Positions 21,836-30,037 are shown, numbered from the stretch's first letter. The stretch is 64,000 bases of DNA from an uncultured Gemmatimonadales bacterium (GCA_963793305.1 CAWBZV010000003.1:1510634-1574633); one strand, 5' to 3'. The notes: generated from the letters alone by a model not told the origin. Numbers and translations: made by a program.

Positions 21836-21839
21836 GGCC

Positions 21840-21870
21840 ACGGGCAGCCAAGCCCGTCAGTGTCTTGTTT
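21840..21870 (+). terminator. possible weak intrinsic terminator between the TPR paralogs
   Basis: ACGGGC/GCCCGT stem (21840-21857) followed by a T-rich stretch. Confidence 0.3.
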
Positions 21871-21900
21871 CAAGTCTGTTGTTTTTCGCAATTACATCAT

Positions 21901-23340
21901 ATGTTCGCGCGCGTGTTCTATTGCTCCGGTCCCGAGCGCCATACGTGGAGCGACGAGGCTGACGCGGCCCGTTGCTGCAACGGATACCGTCTCGTGCGCG
22001 GTTTCGAGGCCGAACCGGACGGGACGTACCGTCTCGTCCGCTCGTGGGAGCCCGCGACGGAGGCCGTGAACCACTCACCGAGATCCGCCCCCGTGATCGA
22101 CGCCGACCCGCCCATCAACCCGAACGTCCCGGTCCGCCACATGGCGTTCTTCCGAGCCGCGAGTGCCGAGACCGAAGGGTCGATGGAGTACAAGACGGTG
22201 CTGGCCGGTTTGCTCGTCCTCCGACTGCTCGATAAATGGCGGTCGCGCGTCGACGGCGATCGCGAGCTCAAGTTCCACGAGTTCGTGGCCGTCAAGCGCG
22301 CGGTCGAGGCCATCGCCGATAGTCCGGTGCGTCGGATCCTCGGTGAGCTCGTCAACACGATCAGCGCGTTCACCGACGGCTCTGCCGACACGCGGGTGCC
22401 GAAGCTGATCGCCTACGCGCAACTCCTCGAGCACGACGCGCGCTACGACGTGTCGGCCGATGTGTACCTGACCGCGATCGAGCTGGCGAGTGACAAGGAG
22501 CTCTTGCCGCTGTGCTATCAGCGCGCGGGCATCAGTCTCCGCCACCTGGGGGAAATCGATCGCGCCGCGGAGTTGTATCGCGAGGGGTTGGCCATCGCGG
22601 TCGAGAATGGCGATCAATTCTGGCTCTTGAGGCTTCGCCTCTCGACGGCACTGCTCGAGTTCCACAAGGGTGATTTGCCGGAGGCCGAGCGCCAACTCGA
22701 TGGGATCATTGCCGATGCGGACGTGCTCGCATCACCGGTGGCCGCCGAGGCGCGGCACGAACGTGGGCGAGTGGCCTATGCGAGAGACCAGGATGCGATC
22801 GCCGCCGAGTACTACTATGCGGCGTTGAAGGCGTATGTCGATCCGGCGTTGAAGTTCAGGGTCATGCACGACCTCGCGGGCGCGCTCACGGATCTCGGTC
22901 ACCTGGAGTACGCGCGAACCGTGCTCTCGGCCCTCCACAATGCGGCCCACGCGGACGTTGAGATGGGATGCCATGCCGCGCTCAACCTCATGCGCGTCGC
23001 CGTGCTGATGGGTGAGCAGGTGAAATTCGACCAGTTGCGGCGCGAGCTCGCCGACAAGCGCCTCACCGCGCATCAGCGAGCGCACTACCACGTGTTCGTG
23101 GGGCAGGGATACTTCCGGTTTGGCGAGCCGGTCAGGGCACGGGACGAATTCGCCCAAGCGTTGGTCATCGCGCAGACGCACCGCCTCTACAAGATCCTGA
23201 TCCAGGCGGACGAGTTGCTCAAGACGACGCCCGAGGAGCGCGCGCCCGCGTGGAAAGACCCGTCGCCTCGCCCGGGCTTGCTGGCGATACTCGACGAGAT
23301 CCGGAATCGCCGTGGCGAGTTCGCGGTGGCGACTGAATAG
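21901..23340 (+). CDS. TPR-like alpha-helical protein, paralog 2, with N-terminal Cys/His-containing extension
   Basis: GEIDRAAELY, GDLPEAERQL, GHLEYARTVL, GEPVRARDEF repeats; no signal peptide or TM; ATG 21901 follows an AT-rich intergenic region. Confidence 0.78.
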   Translation: MFARVFYCSGPERHTWSDEADAARCCNGYRLVRGFEAEPDGTYRLVRSWEPATEAVNHSPRSAPVIDADPPINPNVPVRHMAFFRAASAETEGSMEYKTVLAGLLVLRLLDKWRSRVDGDRELKFHEFVAVKRAVEAIADSPVRRILGELVNTISAFTDGSADTRVPKLIAYAQLLEHDARYDVSADVYLTAIELASDKELLPLCYQRAGISLRHLGEIDRAAELYREGLAIAVENGDQFWLLRLRLSTALLEFHKGDLPEAERQLDGIIADADVLASPVAAEARHERGRVAYARDQDAIAAEYYYAALKAYVDPALKFRVMHDLAGALTDLGHLEYARTVLSALHNAAHADVEMGCHAALNLMRVAVLMGEQVKFDQLRRELADKRLTAHQRAHYHVFVGQGYFRFGEPVRARDEFAQALVIAQTHRLYKILIQADELLKTTPEERAPAWKDPSPRPGLLAILDEIRNRRGEFAVATE

Positions 23341-23360
23341 TCGCCACCGCAACGTCTCGA

Positions 23361-23492
23361 TCAGCAGCTGTTGCCGGAACCCGCGGTAACAGCGCCACCA
23401 CAATCAGCACTCGTAGGACTCGTCGGCGACGTGCACGCGGCGAGCGCGATGACGGTCGCGAGGATGACGAGACGGGCGGTGCGTTGTGACAT
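23361..23492 (-). CDS. 43-aa small lipoprotein / putative signalling pre-peptide
   Basis: MSQRTARLVILATVIALAACTSPTSPTSADCGGAVTAGSGNSC*. GGAGG at 23499-23503 (6-nt spacer); basic n-region, hydrophobic h-region, LAAC lipobox. Below the ORF-track cutoff. Confidence 0.85.
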   Translation of the reverse strand: MSQRTARLVILATVIALAACTSPTSPTSADCGGAVTAGSGNSC

Positions 23493-23504
23493 GAACAACC
23501 TCCA

Positions 23505-23522
23505 GTTGGGGTGAGCCCCAAC
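23505..23522. promoter_or_regulatory. inverted repeat abutting the SD of the small peptide gene
   Basis: GTTGGGG-tgag-CCCCAAC, a perfect 7-bp stem. Confidence 0.5.
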
Positions 23523-23555
23523 GGTAGGCCGTCATGGCGCTATCGCATATGGTCG

Positions 23556-24689
23556 TTAGGTAGCTGTCGCCTGTCCGTGCAGGCCCGTCACATCGATGAT
23601 CACGCCCATGTACTCGGGCTCGCCGAGCGCATTCACAGTGGTGTGAGCCGCGACATGGATGGTGCGAACCGTGCCATCACCCGTGAGAAATCGCACGTCA
23701 TGATCGAGATCGCGACGCCGTTTGGCGGCGGTCGCGACGATTTCGTCCACCCAGGCCTGGTCTTCCGGATACACGCGTTGTCGAAGCGCCTCAACTGAAG
23801 GCTCCGGCTTCTCCGGATCGAGATCGAGAATCCGCAATGCTTCCTTGGAGCACAGGATCCGCCCCGACGGGACGTTCCAGCCCCAGCTGCCGGTATGCGT
23901 CAGCCGTTGCCCTTCGGCGAGAAACGCCTCGCTGCGTCGCAGCTCTTCCTCGGCCCGCTTCCGGTCGCCGATGTCCTCGACAACGACGATGCCAAAGCAC
24001 GGCGCGCCGAGCTCATCGCGGACGAGCGAGACCGCGAGGTTTGCCCAGACCACGCGGCCATCCTTGGCAAAGCAGCGTTTCTCCAGGCGGTACGAGTCGC
24101 GCTTGCCGTGCACGAGCTCCGTGAACACGTTCCAATCGGCTTCGCCCCGCGCCGGGTGCGTGATCTTCGTGAATTGGAAGGTGCGGAACTCCTGTTCGCT
24201 GTACCCGAAGAGGCTGCGGATCTGTCGATTCGTTTTGAACGCGTGGCCGCTCGCGTTCACGAGCGCGATCCCGACCGCCGCTTCATCGAAGAGCGCGTGG
24301 AGCTGTCGCTCGCTGTCTCTGAGCGCCCGCTCGATTTTCACGCGCCTGGCATTGCTGGCCCAACTCACCGCTCCAGCGCAGAGCACGAACACGGCGAGCC
24401 GCGGCAGCTGGTCGATGGCCACGGCCAATGAGCCGATGGGCGCCACGAAGAAATAGTCGACGGCGATCGCGGCCAGCGCCGCCGCGAGCAACCCCACGCG
24501 CCATCCGCCACTCCAGGTCGCGCCGGCGACGGCGACGAGAAAGAGCGTCGTGGGATCGACGCTTGGACGAAGCGCAATGGCGACCGCCAGCGCCAGCGTC
24601 GTCCATCCGAGCGCAGGCGCGTACCGCGCAACTTCGGTCCGCATGCGGACGACCGGCGCCTGCTGCTGCGCGATGACCATTTGCGTCAT
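23556..24689 (-). CDS. DUF4118 membrane sensor with two PAS domains, no output domain
   Basis: KdpD-type TM region (FLVAVAGATWSGGWRVGLLAAALA...DYFFVAP); PAS1 LFDEAAVGIALV...EDIGDRKRAEEELR; PAS2 EGQRLTHTGSWGW...MGVIIDVT; stop 9 codons later. Confidence 0.8.
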   Translation of the reverse strand: MTQMVIAQQQAPVVRMRTEVARYAPALGWTTLALAVAIALRPSVDPTTLFLVAVAGATWSGGWRVGLLAAALAAIAVDYFFVAPIGSLAVAIDQLPRLAVFVLCAGAVSWASNARRVKIERALRDSERQLHALFDEAAVGIALVNASGHAFKTNRQIRSLFGYSEQEFRTFQFTKITHPARGEADWNVFTELVHGKRDSYRLEKRCFAKDGRVVWANLAVSLVRDELGAPCFGIVVVEDIGDRKRAEEELRRSEAFLAEGQRLTHTGSWGWNVPSGRILCSKEALRILDLDPEKPEPSVEALRQRVYPEDQAWVDEIVATAAKRRRDLDHDVRFLTGDGTVRTIHVAAHTTVNALGEPEYMGVIIDVTGLHGQATAT

Positions 24690-24738
24690 GGCGCTCGAAA
24701 TGGTAGCGTCATAACCCGTTACCAGCTAGCTCAGCCAT

Positions 24739-25350
24739 ATGCCGCTTTCGTATAACCGCATCGCGGGCCAGAGTATCGAACGCCTCGCCGCTTTGAGCGA
24801 CGGGATATTCTCGGTCGGAATGACCTTGCTGGTGCTCGACCTGCACGTGCCGGCGCGCGAGGTCATTCACGGCGAGGCCGATCTCCTGCACGCCCTGGTT
24901 GGCATCGGGCCGCAGGTCGTGATCTACCTCATGAGTTTTCTCACGCTCGGCATTTTCTGGGTCGGACAACAAACCCAGCTCAACTATCTCGAGCGCAGTT
25001 CCAAAGGCCTGACCTGGGTCAACCTCGGCTTCTTATTCGCGGTAACGTTGATGCCTTTCTCGACGCGGCTGCTCGGCGAGTTCCCGACCTATCGCATCGC
25101 GCTCATCGCCTACTGGCTCAACCTGTTCCTCCTCGGCCTCGCGAACTACCTGAGTTGGACGTGCTCGACCAAGTTAAGCCTGACCAAGGCCGACATGCCG
25201 GCGGACGTGCCGCGCGCGATACAACGGCGGGTCCTGGGCTACCAGGCGCTCTACGCGATCGGCGCGTTGCTGTGCATCGTCGGCAACTCCTGGAGCATCG
25301 CGTTCATTGTGCTGGTGCAACTGACAGCCGTAATTGCTCTGCGCCGATAG
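24739..25350 (+). CDS. TMEM175 (DUF1211) family channel protein
   Basis: ERLAALSDGIFSVGMTLLVLDL, YLMSFLTLGIFW. Confidence 0.88.
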   Translation: MPLSYNRIAGQSIERLAALSDGIFSVGMTLLVLDLHVPAREVIHGEADLLHALVGIGPQVVIYLMSFLTLGIFWVGQQTQLNYLERSSKGLTWVNLGFLFAVTLMPFSTRLLGEFPTYRIALIAYWLNLFLLGLANYLSWTCSTKLSLTKADMPADVPRAIQRRVLGYQALYAIGALLCIVGNSWSIAFIVLVQLTAVIALRR

Positions 25351-26011
25351 CGCCCTCGGGCGTGTCCTCGTGCTTGAAGTACACGAATACGTCGCCTTGC
25401 CTCACGTGCGGCTCGACACGTGCCCTGAGCGACCCGATCTCGTACGTCTCTTTGCGCAGGCGCAGATAGGTAAAATCGGCGGTCGTCACGTCCGGCGTTT
25501 CGAGCGTCTCACTTTCCGCCACGCACAACGCAGCGTTCGCCGCTCTCAGGCACTCGTACACCGGGTCGCTGAACCACGACTCGTGCCGGAACTCGAACGC
25601 GTAGCGCGTGTCGCGAGGCAGCCCGTCGACGAACCCCCGCAGCCGGTCGACGTTGCAGCGGAGAAATGGGGGTAGCTGAAACAAGACGGGCCCGAGGCGC
25701 TCCGCGGCGCGAAGCGGAGCGAGCGCGTTGAGAAAACTGGCGGTAAAATCGAGCGCCCCATCCAACCGCTTGACATGCGTGATGGACTGATGCGCTTTGA
25801 CCGCAAACCGAAACCCGGGCGATGTCTGCGCAATCCACCCGACTTGCAGCTTCTCAGTCGGAAACCGCCGAAACGTGTAATTCAACTCGACGGAGTTGAG
25901 CCGGGTCGAGTAGTACCCGAGAAACTTGGACGCGGCGAGCTTCGCCGGGTACCATGATGGCTTCCAGGCCGGATACGCCCACCCCAATGTCCCCGCGTAG
26001 ATGGCTCCCAC
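25304..26011 (-). CDS. DUF72 domain protein
   Basis: GTLGWAY, SVELNYTF, FAVKAHQSITH, LGPVLFQLPP, FEFRHESW, YLRLR. Confidence 0.92.
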   Translation of the reverse strand: MGAIYAGTLGWAYPAWKPSWYPAKLAASKFLGYYSTRLNSVELNYTFRRFPTEKLQVGWIAQTSPGFRFAVKAHQSITHVKRLDGALDFTASFLNALAPLRAAERLGPVLFQLPPFLRCNVDRLRGFVDGLPRDTRYAFEFRHESWFSDPVYECLRAANAALCVAESETLETPDVTTADFTYLRLRKETYEIGSLRARVEPHVRQGDVFVYFKHEDTPEGAIGAEQLRLSVAPAQ

Positions 26012-26015
26012 GGTG

Positions 26016-26363
26016 TCAGTCCCGTTCGTTGGGATCGACGACTCTGATTTTCACTTGCCCCATGATTTCGTGACCGACGATGCGGATGCACGGCGCGTCG
26101 TCTCGCGGCACGGCTCTCGTCACGCGCCGAATTTTGAACTCCGGGCTTTCGACGCGCACACCGTGCGGCACGGTGATCTTGACCTCGCCCATCATCGCAA
26201 CCACTTCGATCTCGGATGTGCCCGGCAGGAACCGGGCGTGCCGGAGATCGAGCCGAACGCGGCCGAAGAACACGTACACCCAGAGATGAGCCGGAAGCTC
26301 CCAGTCTCCAGCGCGGTCAGCCGGAGCGATGACCGAGATGACCGCCCGTGGTTTTACTTCCAA
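26016..26363 (-). CDS. LiaF/DUF1707-associated beta-domain protein
   Basis: FFGRVRLDLRHARF, AMMGEVKITVPHGVRV, IRIVGHEIMGQVKI. Confidence 0.65.
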   Translation of the reverse strand: MEVKPRAVISVIAPADRAGDWELPAHLWVYVFFGRVRLDLRHARFLPGTSEIEVVAMMGEVKITVPHGVRVESPEFKIRRVTRAVPRDDAPCIRIVGHEIMGQVKIRVVDPNERD

Positions 26364-26530
26364 CGCTTGGATGCGATAATTGGTGAGTCCTGACGGACGA
26401 AGAGCATATCCGTCTGGAACAGCGCATCGTGCAGCGGTCGCCGCGAAAACTCCATGTCGGGGATGTGCAGGAGACCCTTGAGCCTCGACTTCACATCCGG
26501 GGGCAGGAGCCGGGTAATGAACTCTCGCAT
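26354..26530 (-). pseudogene. 58-aa ORF resembling joined N- and C-termini of an FkbM-family methyltransferase
   Basis: MREFITRLLPPDVKSRLKGLLHIPDMEFS followed by RRPLHDALFQTDMLFVRQDSPIIASKRWK*; no DIGAxxG SAM motif. Confidence 0.45.
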
Positions 26531-26562
26531 AACCGTCGCATTATAGCATGTATTATTCCCGT

Positions 26563-27018
26563 ATGACTATCCGTGCCTTGGTATTTGCGCTGGTACTGCA
26601 GCCCCCAACGGGGAAGTTGATCCTTCGCGCGCATGCGCACGGTGACCAGATTTATACGTGCCAGCAGAACGCCTACACGTTCTCGTGGGGTCTCAAAGCG
26701 CCCGACGCGCGGCTGTTCGACGATAGCAATCGGGTCATCGGCCGCCATTTCGCCGGGCCGACCTGGCAACTGAGTGACAGCAGTCAGGTGGTGGGTCGTC
26801 CGATCGCCAAGCAAGACGCACCCGAGCCGAACGCGGTTCCTTGGCTCACGCTTGCCGCCGTGAGCAACACCGGCCACGGCCTCTTGGAGCACGTGAAGAC
26901 GATCCGACGCATCAATACTCACGGCGGCCAGCCACCGGCCGGCGGATGCGACCAGTCGCACGTGGGCGCCGAGCTCCGAGTCCCGTACACCGCCGAATAC
27001 GACTTCTACGCCGACTAA
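26563..27018 (+). CDS. DUF3455 domain protein
   Basis: GDQIYTC, IGRHFAGPTW, DAPEPNAVPWL, RINTHGGQPP, VPYTAEYDFY. Confidence 0.88.
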   Translation: MTIRALVFALVLQPPTGKLILRAHAHGDQIYTCQQNAYTFSWGLKAPDARLFDDSNRVIGRHFAGPTWQLSDSSQVVGRPIAKQDAPEPNAVPWLTLAAVSNTGHGLLEHVKTIRRINTHGGQPPAGGCDQSHVGAELRVPYTAEYDFYAD

Positions 27019-28121
27019 AGGATCGCCCGCAGCACGGGAATCCGGCGGAACACGTACTCGCTGGCGGCGAACGTCGTGACGGTTGCCAGCACGGTCAGCA
27101 ACAGAAACTTGAGCAGCGCCGGCCACTCGAGACTCCACAGCAGCCGTGCGCCGAGGATCACAAAGGGCGGGTGGAAGACGTAGACGCTGAAAGCGTTTCG
27201 TGACAGAAATTGGGTGAACGTGTTCTGTTCATTCGCTTTCTCACGGTAGAGAACGAGCAACCCGGCCGATATCGCGACGCACGTCACGGACTCCCAAACG
27301 CTGAACGCGGCGCTCCGCCAGTTCCACCCGTCATGTATCGATCCACCCCGCATGATCGCGAGCCAGGCGACGAAACCAACGGGCAGCACCACCATCAGCC
27401 ATCGTATGCCGCGCTCGTATGGGAAGGTATTCAACCACCCATTGCGCGCGGCAATTATCCCCGCGCCAAAGAGCAGTATGTACTGCGAAAAATCCCCCAG
27501 GTGCATGTTGAACAGGGAGTAATCCGGCAACACCCCCCGGATAACAAACCGCCCCGCTGCCATGCAGATAGCAAGAATCGCCAACGCCCCATTGCCTGGC
27601 GGAGGTCTCCGGATCGCATCTTCCCGCGGTCGCGCGTAGCGCGCTGCGTACACGGCCGAAAAGATGAGGAGCGCGAGCAAAAACCAGAGGGGCCCGTTCT
27701 CCTGAAGCACTTCGAGATCGACGATGTGATGCACCCACTCGTGCGCAAACGAGTACGGCGCCGTCCACGAATGCGAGAGGTAGTACTCGGTCACGGGCCC
27801 AATCACGAACATGTAGAGCAGAACGGGTAGCCCGAGCCGAAACGCCCGATCACGCAGAAACTTCTGGGACCCTTTGCGATCGATGGAGGGCGGCACGAAC
27901 ACACCAGCCACGAAGAACAAGAGCCCCATGAAAAATGATTGTAAATACATCTGCCACGCCGCGAACGTGACCAGGGTGAGATGCGTAATGGGCGGCCGCT
28001 CGACAAAGTACCAATTCCCGAGCGGACTATAGGTATCGGCCGCATGCATGCTGATCACGAGGATAATCATCGTCCACCGGAGATTGTCGATGAACGCCAA
28101 CCGCGATAGGTTCGGTCGCAT
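27015..28121 (-). CDS. acyltransferase family 3 (OpgC-like)
   Basis: RLAFIDNLR, FFMGLLFFVAG, GPLWFL, AFSVYVFHPP; multi-TM. Confidence 0.88.
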   Translation of the reverse strand: MRPNLSRLAFIDNLRWTMIILVISMHAADTYSPLGNWYFVERPPITHLTLVTFAAWQMYLQSFFMGLLFFVAGVFVPPSIDRKGSQKFLRDRAFRLGLPVLLYMFVIGPVTEYYLSHSWTAPYSFAHEWVHHIVDLEVLQENGPLWFLLALLIFSAVYAARYARPREDAIRRPPPGNGALAILAICMAAGRFVIRGVLPDYSLFNMHLGDFSQYILLFGAGIIAARNGWLNTFPYERGIRWLMVVLPVGFVAWLAIMRGGSIHDGWNWRSAAFSVWESVTCVAISAGLLVLYREKANEQNTFTQFLSRNAFSVYVFHPPFVILGARLLWSLEWPALLKFLLLTVLATVTTFAASEYVFRRIPVLRAIL

Positions 28122-28593
28122 GACGAAAGCCCTCTCACTCACGCTCGCGCTCATGTGCGCGGCCCCCTTGACCGTGCGCGGTCAGCTGATCGACACCAAG
28201 GTGGTGAGCCTCGAAGCCGCGAAGACCATGGTGGCGGCGGCCGAAGCCGAGGCGAAGAAACACAGCTGGAACATGGCCATCGCTATAGTCGATGCGAGTG
28301 GCAACCTGATTTTGTTTCACCGCATGGACGATGTGCAGACCGGCAGCCTCGATGTGGCGATTGAGAAAGCCCGCACCGCCGCCAAGTTCCGTCGCCCCAC
28401 TCAGGCGTTCGCCGACGCCGTCAAGAGCGGCAACCTGGGCATTCTGTCCTTTCCTGGCGCCGCCGCGGTGGCTGGCGGCGTCCCGATCACCGTCGACGGG
28501 AAGGTCATCGGCGCGGTCGGCTGTAGCGGTATGGCATCCGACCAGGACGCCGTCGTCGCCCAGGCCGGAGTGGACGCGCTAAGCGCTCATTAG
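28120..28593 (+). CDS. GlcG/HbpS family heme-binding protein
   Basis: Signal peptide; IAIVDASGNL, RMDD, AIEKARTA, GGVPI, IGAVGCSG...QD. Confidence 0.9.
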   Translation: MTKALSLTLALMCAAPLTVRGQLIDTKVVSLEAAKTMVAAAEAEAKKHSWNMAIAIVDASGNLILFHRMDDVQTGSLDVAIEKARTAAKFRRPTQAFADAVKSGNLGILSFPGAAAVAGGVPITVDGKVIGAVGCSGMASDQDAVVAQAGVDALSAH

Positions 28594-29322
28594 GGGAAAC
28601 TGGATTTCCAGCATCCGGTCGTGATAGAGCTCGCGCTTGGGACCCGCGAGGCTGTGCGGCCGGACGCGCATCCACGCGCGAATCGCATCGTACGCTCCCT
28701 CGGCCGCCTCGTACTCGTCCGGGGCATAGGCGCACGCCACCGTGACCGCCGGCAGCTCTTTGATATCGAGACGATCGAGGCGAGTCGTCGCGCGAACCTC
28801 GATGAATGGCTCGCCGCCGGGCACTCCGGTATCAGCGCATTGGTGCCAGAGCACACCACGCATACCTCCACGCATTCTCTCAGGTACCCGACCGAGTAAC
28901 TCCCGCTCGGCCTGGACGACGTCATCGTATCCGAGCGCCATGTCGCCGAGGGACGCCACTCTCGTTGCGGGTCGCTGCTTGATGACGACCGGGACGCTTC
29001 GTGTCCCACTCGCGATCGCGGCATTGATGCGCTCGAGCGAGTCTTGTACGCGCGCCAGCGCGCATTGCAGTCTCTCGCGCGAACGCTGCAACGCCATCCG
29101 TCGCGAGACCCGACGCCCGAGCGCGGCCACCTCGGCGAGGGACAGTCCCATGTCCCGACAGGCCAGAATCTCGGCCAACGCGATGAGCTGCTCCGGCGCA
29201 TAATACCGATACCGAGTCGCCGGATCGGTGCGCTCGGGTTTCAACAACCCGATCTCGTCATAGAATCGCAGCATCTTCGCCGTGACCCCGGCGATGCGCG
29301 CGAACTCCCCTATTCGATACAT
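28579..29322 (-). CDS. MerR family transcriptional regulator with GyrI-like effector domain
   Basis: MYRIGEFARIAGVTAKMLRFYDEIGLLKP...TRYRYY; C-terminal GPKRELY...EIQFPL. Confidence 0.9.
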   Translation of the reverse strand: MYRIGEFARIAGVTAKMLRFYDEIGLLKPERTDPATRYRYYAPEQLIALAEILACRDMGLSLAEVAALGRRVSRRMALQRSRERLQCALARVQDSLERINAAIASGTRSVPVVIKQRPATRVASLGDMALGYDDVVQAERELLGRVPERMRGGMRGVLWHQCADTGVPGGEPFIEVRATTRLDRLDIKELPAVTVACAYAPDEYEAAEGAYDAIRAWMRVRPHSLAGPKRELYHDRMLEIQFPLMSA

Positions 29323-29324
29323 AG

Positions 29325-29355
29325 TTGAACTCTCCCCCAACAGGAATGTTCAATT
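29325..29355 (+). promoter_or_regulatory. MerR-type promoter/operator
   Basis: TTGAAC, 19-nt spacer (TCTCCCCCAACAGGAATGT), TCAATT; dyad TTGAAC..TCC/GGA..GTTCAA; 7 nt before ATG 29363. Confidence 0.65.
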
Positions 29356-29362
29356 GTGTCGC

Positions 29363-30037
29363 ATGTTGCGCACTATTTTTTTCACCACGTTCGCGGCTGC
29401 GACCCTCGCCGCCCAGCAGCCGGCCACGGGCGCCGTGCTCGTCCTCTATCAGCCGAAACCGGGCATGGACCGCGACTTCGAGCTCGGCGACCAACGCCAC
29501 CTCGCATGGCACCGTTCCATCGATGACCGCTGGCTCTGGCCAGGCTGGACGATCGACGACGGCGAGCGCCGGGGCTTCTTCCTCGATGCCACGTTCTTTC
29601 ACCCGTGGACAGATTTCGACCATCCGCTCGAGCCGAACGAGGACGAGGCCAACTGGACCATCAATGTGGCGCCGTACGCCGACGTGCGCTCGGTCATGCG
29701 ATACGACATCGTGGGCGCGCTGACGACTCTCACGCCTCAGCAACTCGCGGTGCCGTACATGACGCTCGCGTTCGTCACGGTGCACCCGGGCATGGGCGCC
29801 AAATTCGAAGCCGCAATTTCGGCGACGCTGCGGGCGGCCAATACTCCACACCTGGTGATGCGACCGGTGAGTGGAGCCAGCGAGTACATCGTCATGATGG
29901 GCGCCCAAAAGCTCGCCGACCTCCCATCAAATGGCGGACAGATCGAGAGCGCGATGCAATCCGCGGGCGCATTCGTCGACCGCGCGCGAACCGAGACGTG
30001 GCGCTACCGTCCGGAGCTCAGCTACGTGCCGCGCTGA
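29363..30037 (+). CDS. secreted hypothetical protein, two ferredoxin-like (NIPSNAP/dimeric alpha-beta barrel-like) halves
   Basis: Signal peptide; internal duplication PKPGMDRDFE / VHPGMGAKFE. Confidence 0.6.
   Translation: MLRTIFFTTFAAATLAAQQPATGAVLVLYQPKPGMDRDFELGDQRHLAWHRSIDDRWLWPGWTIDDGERRGFFLDATFFHPWTDFDHPLEPNEDEANWTINVAPYADVRSVMRYDIVGALTTLTPQQLAVPYMTLAFVTVHPGMGAKFEAAISATLRAANTPHLVMRPVSGASEYIVMMGAQKLADLPSNGGQIESAMQSAGAFVDRARTETWRYRPELSYVPR

Noticed and set aside
21836..21900. A second small peptide gene for TPR paralog 1
   Set aside because: Only 65 nt, with no SD-led ORF or signal peptide on either strand.
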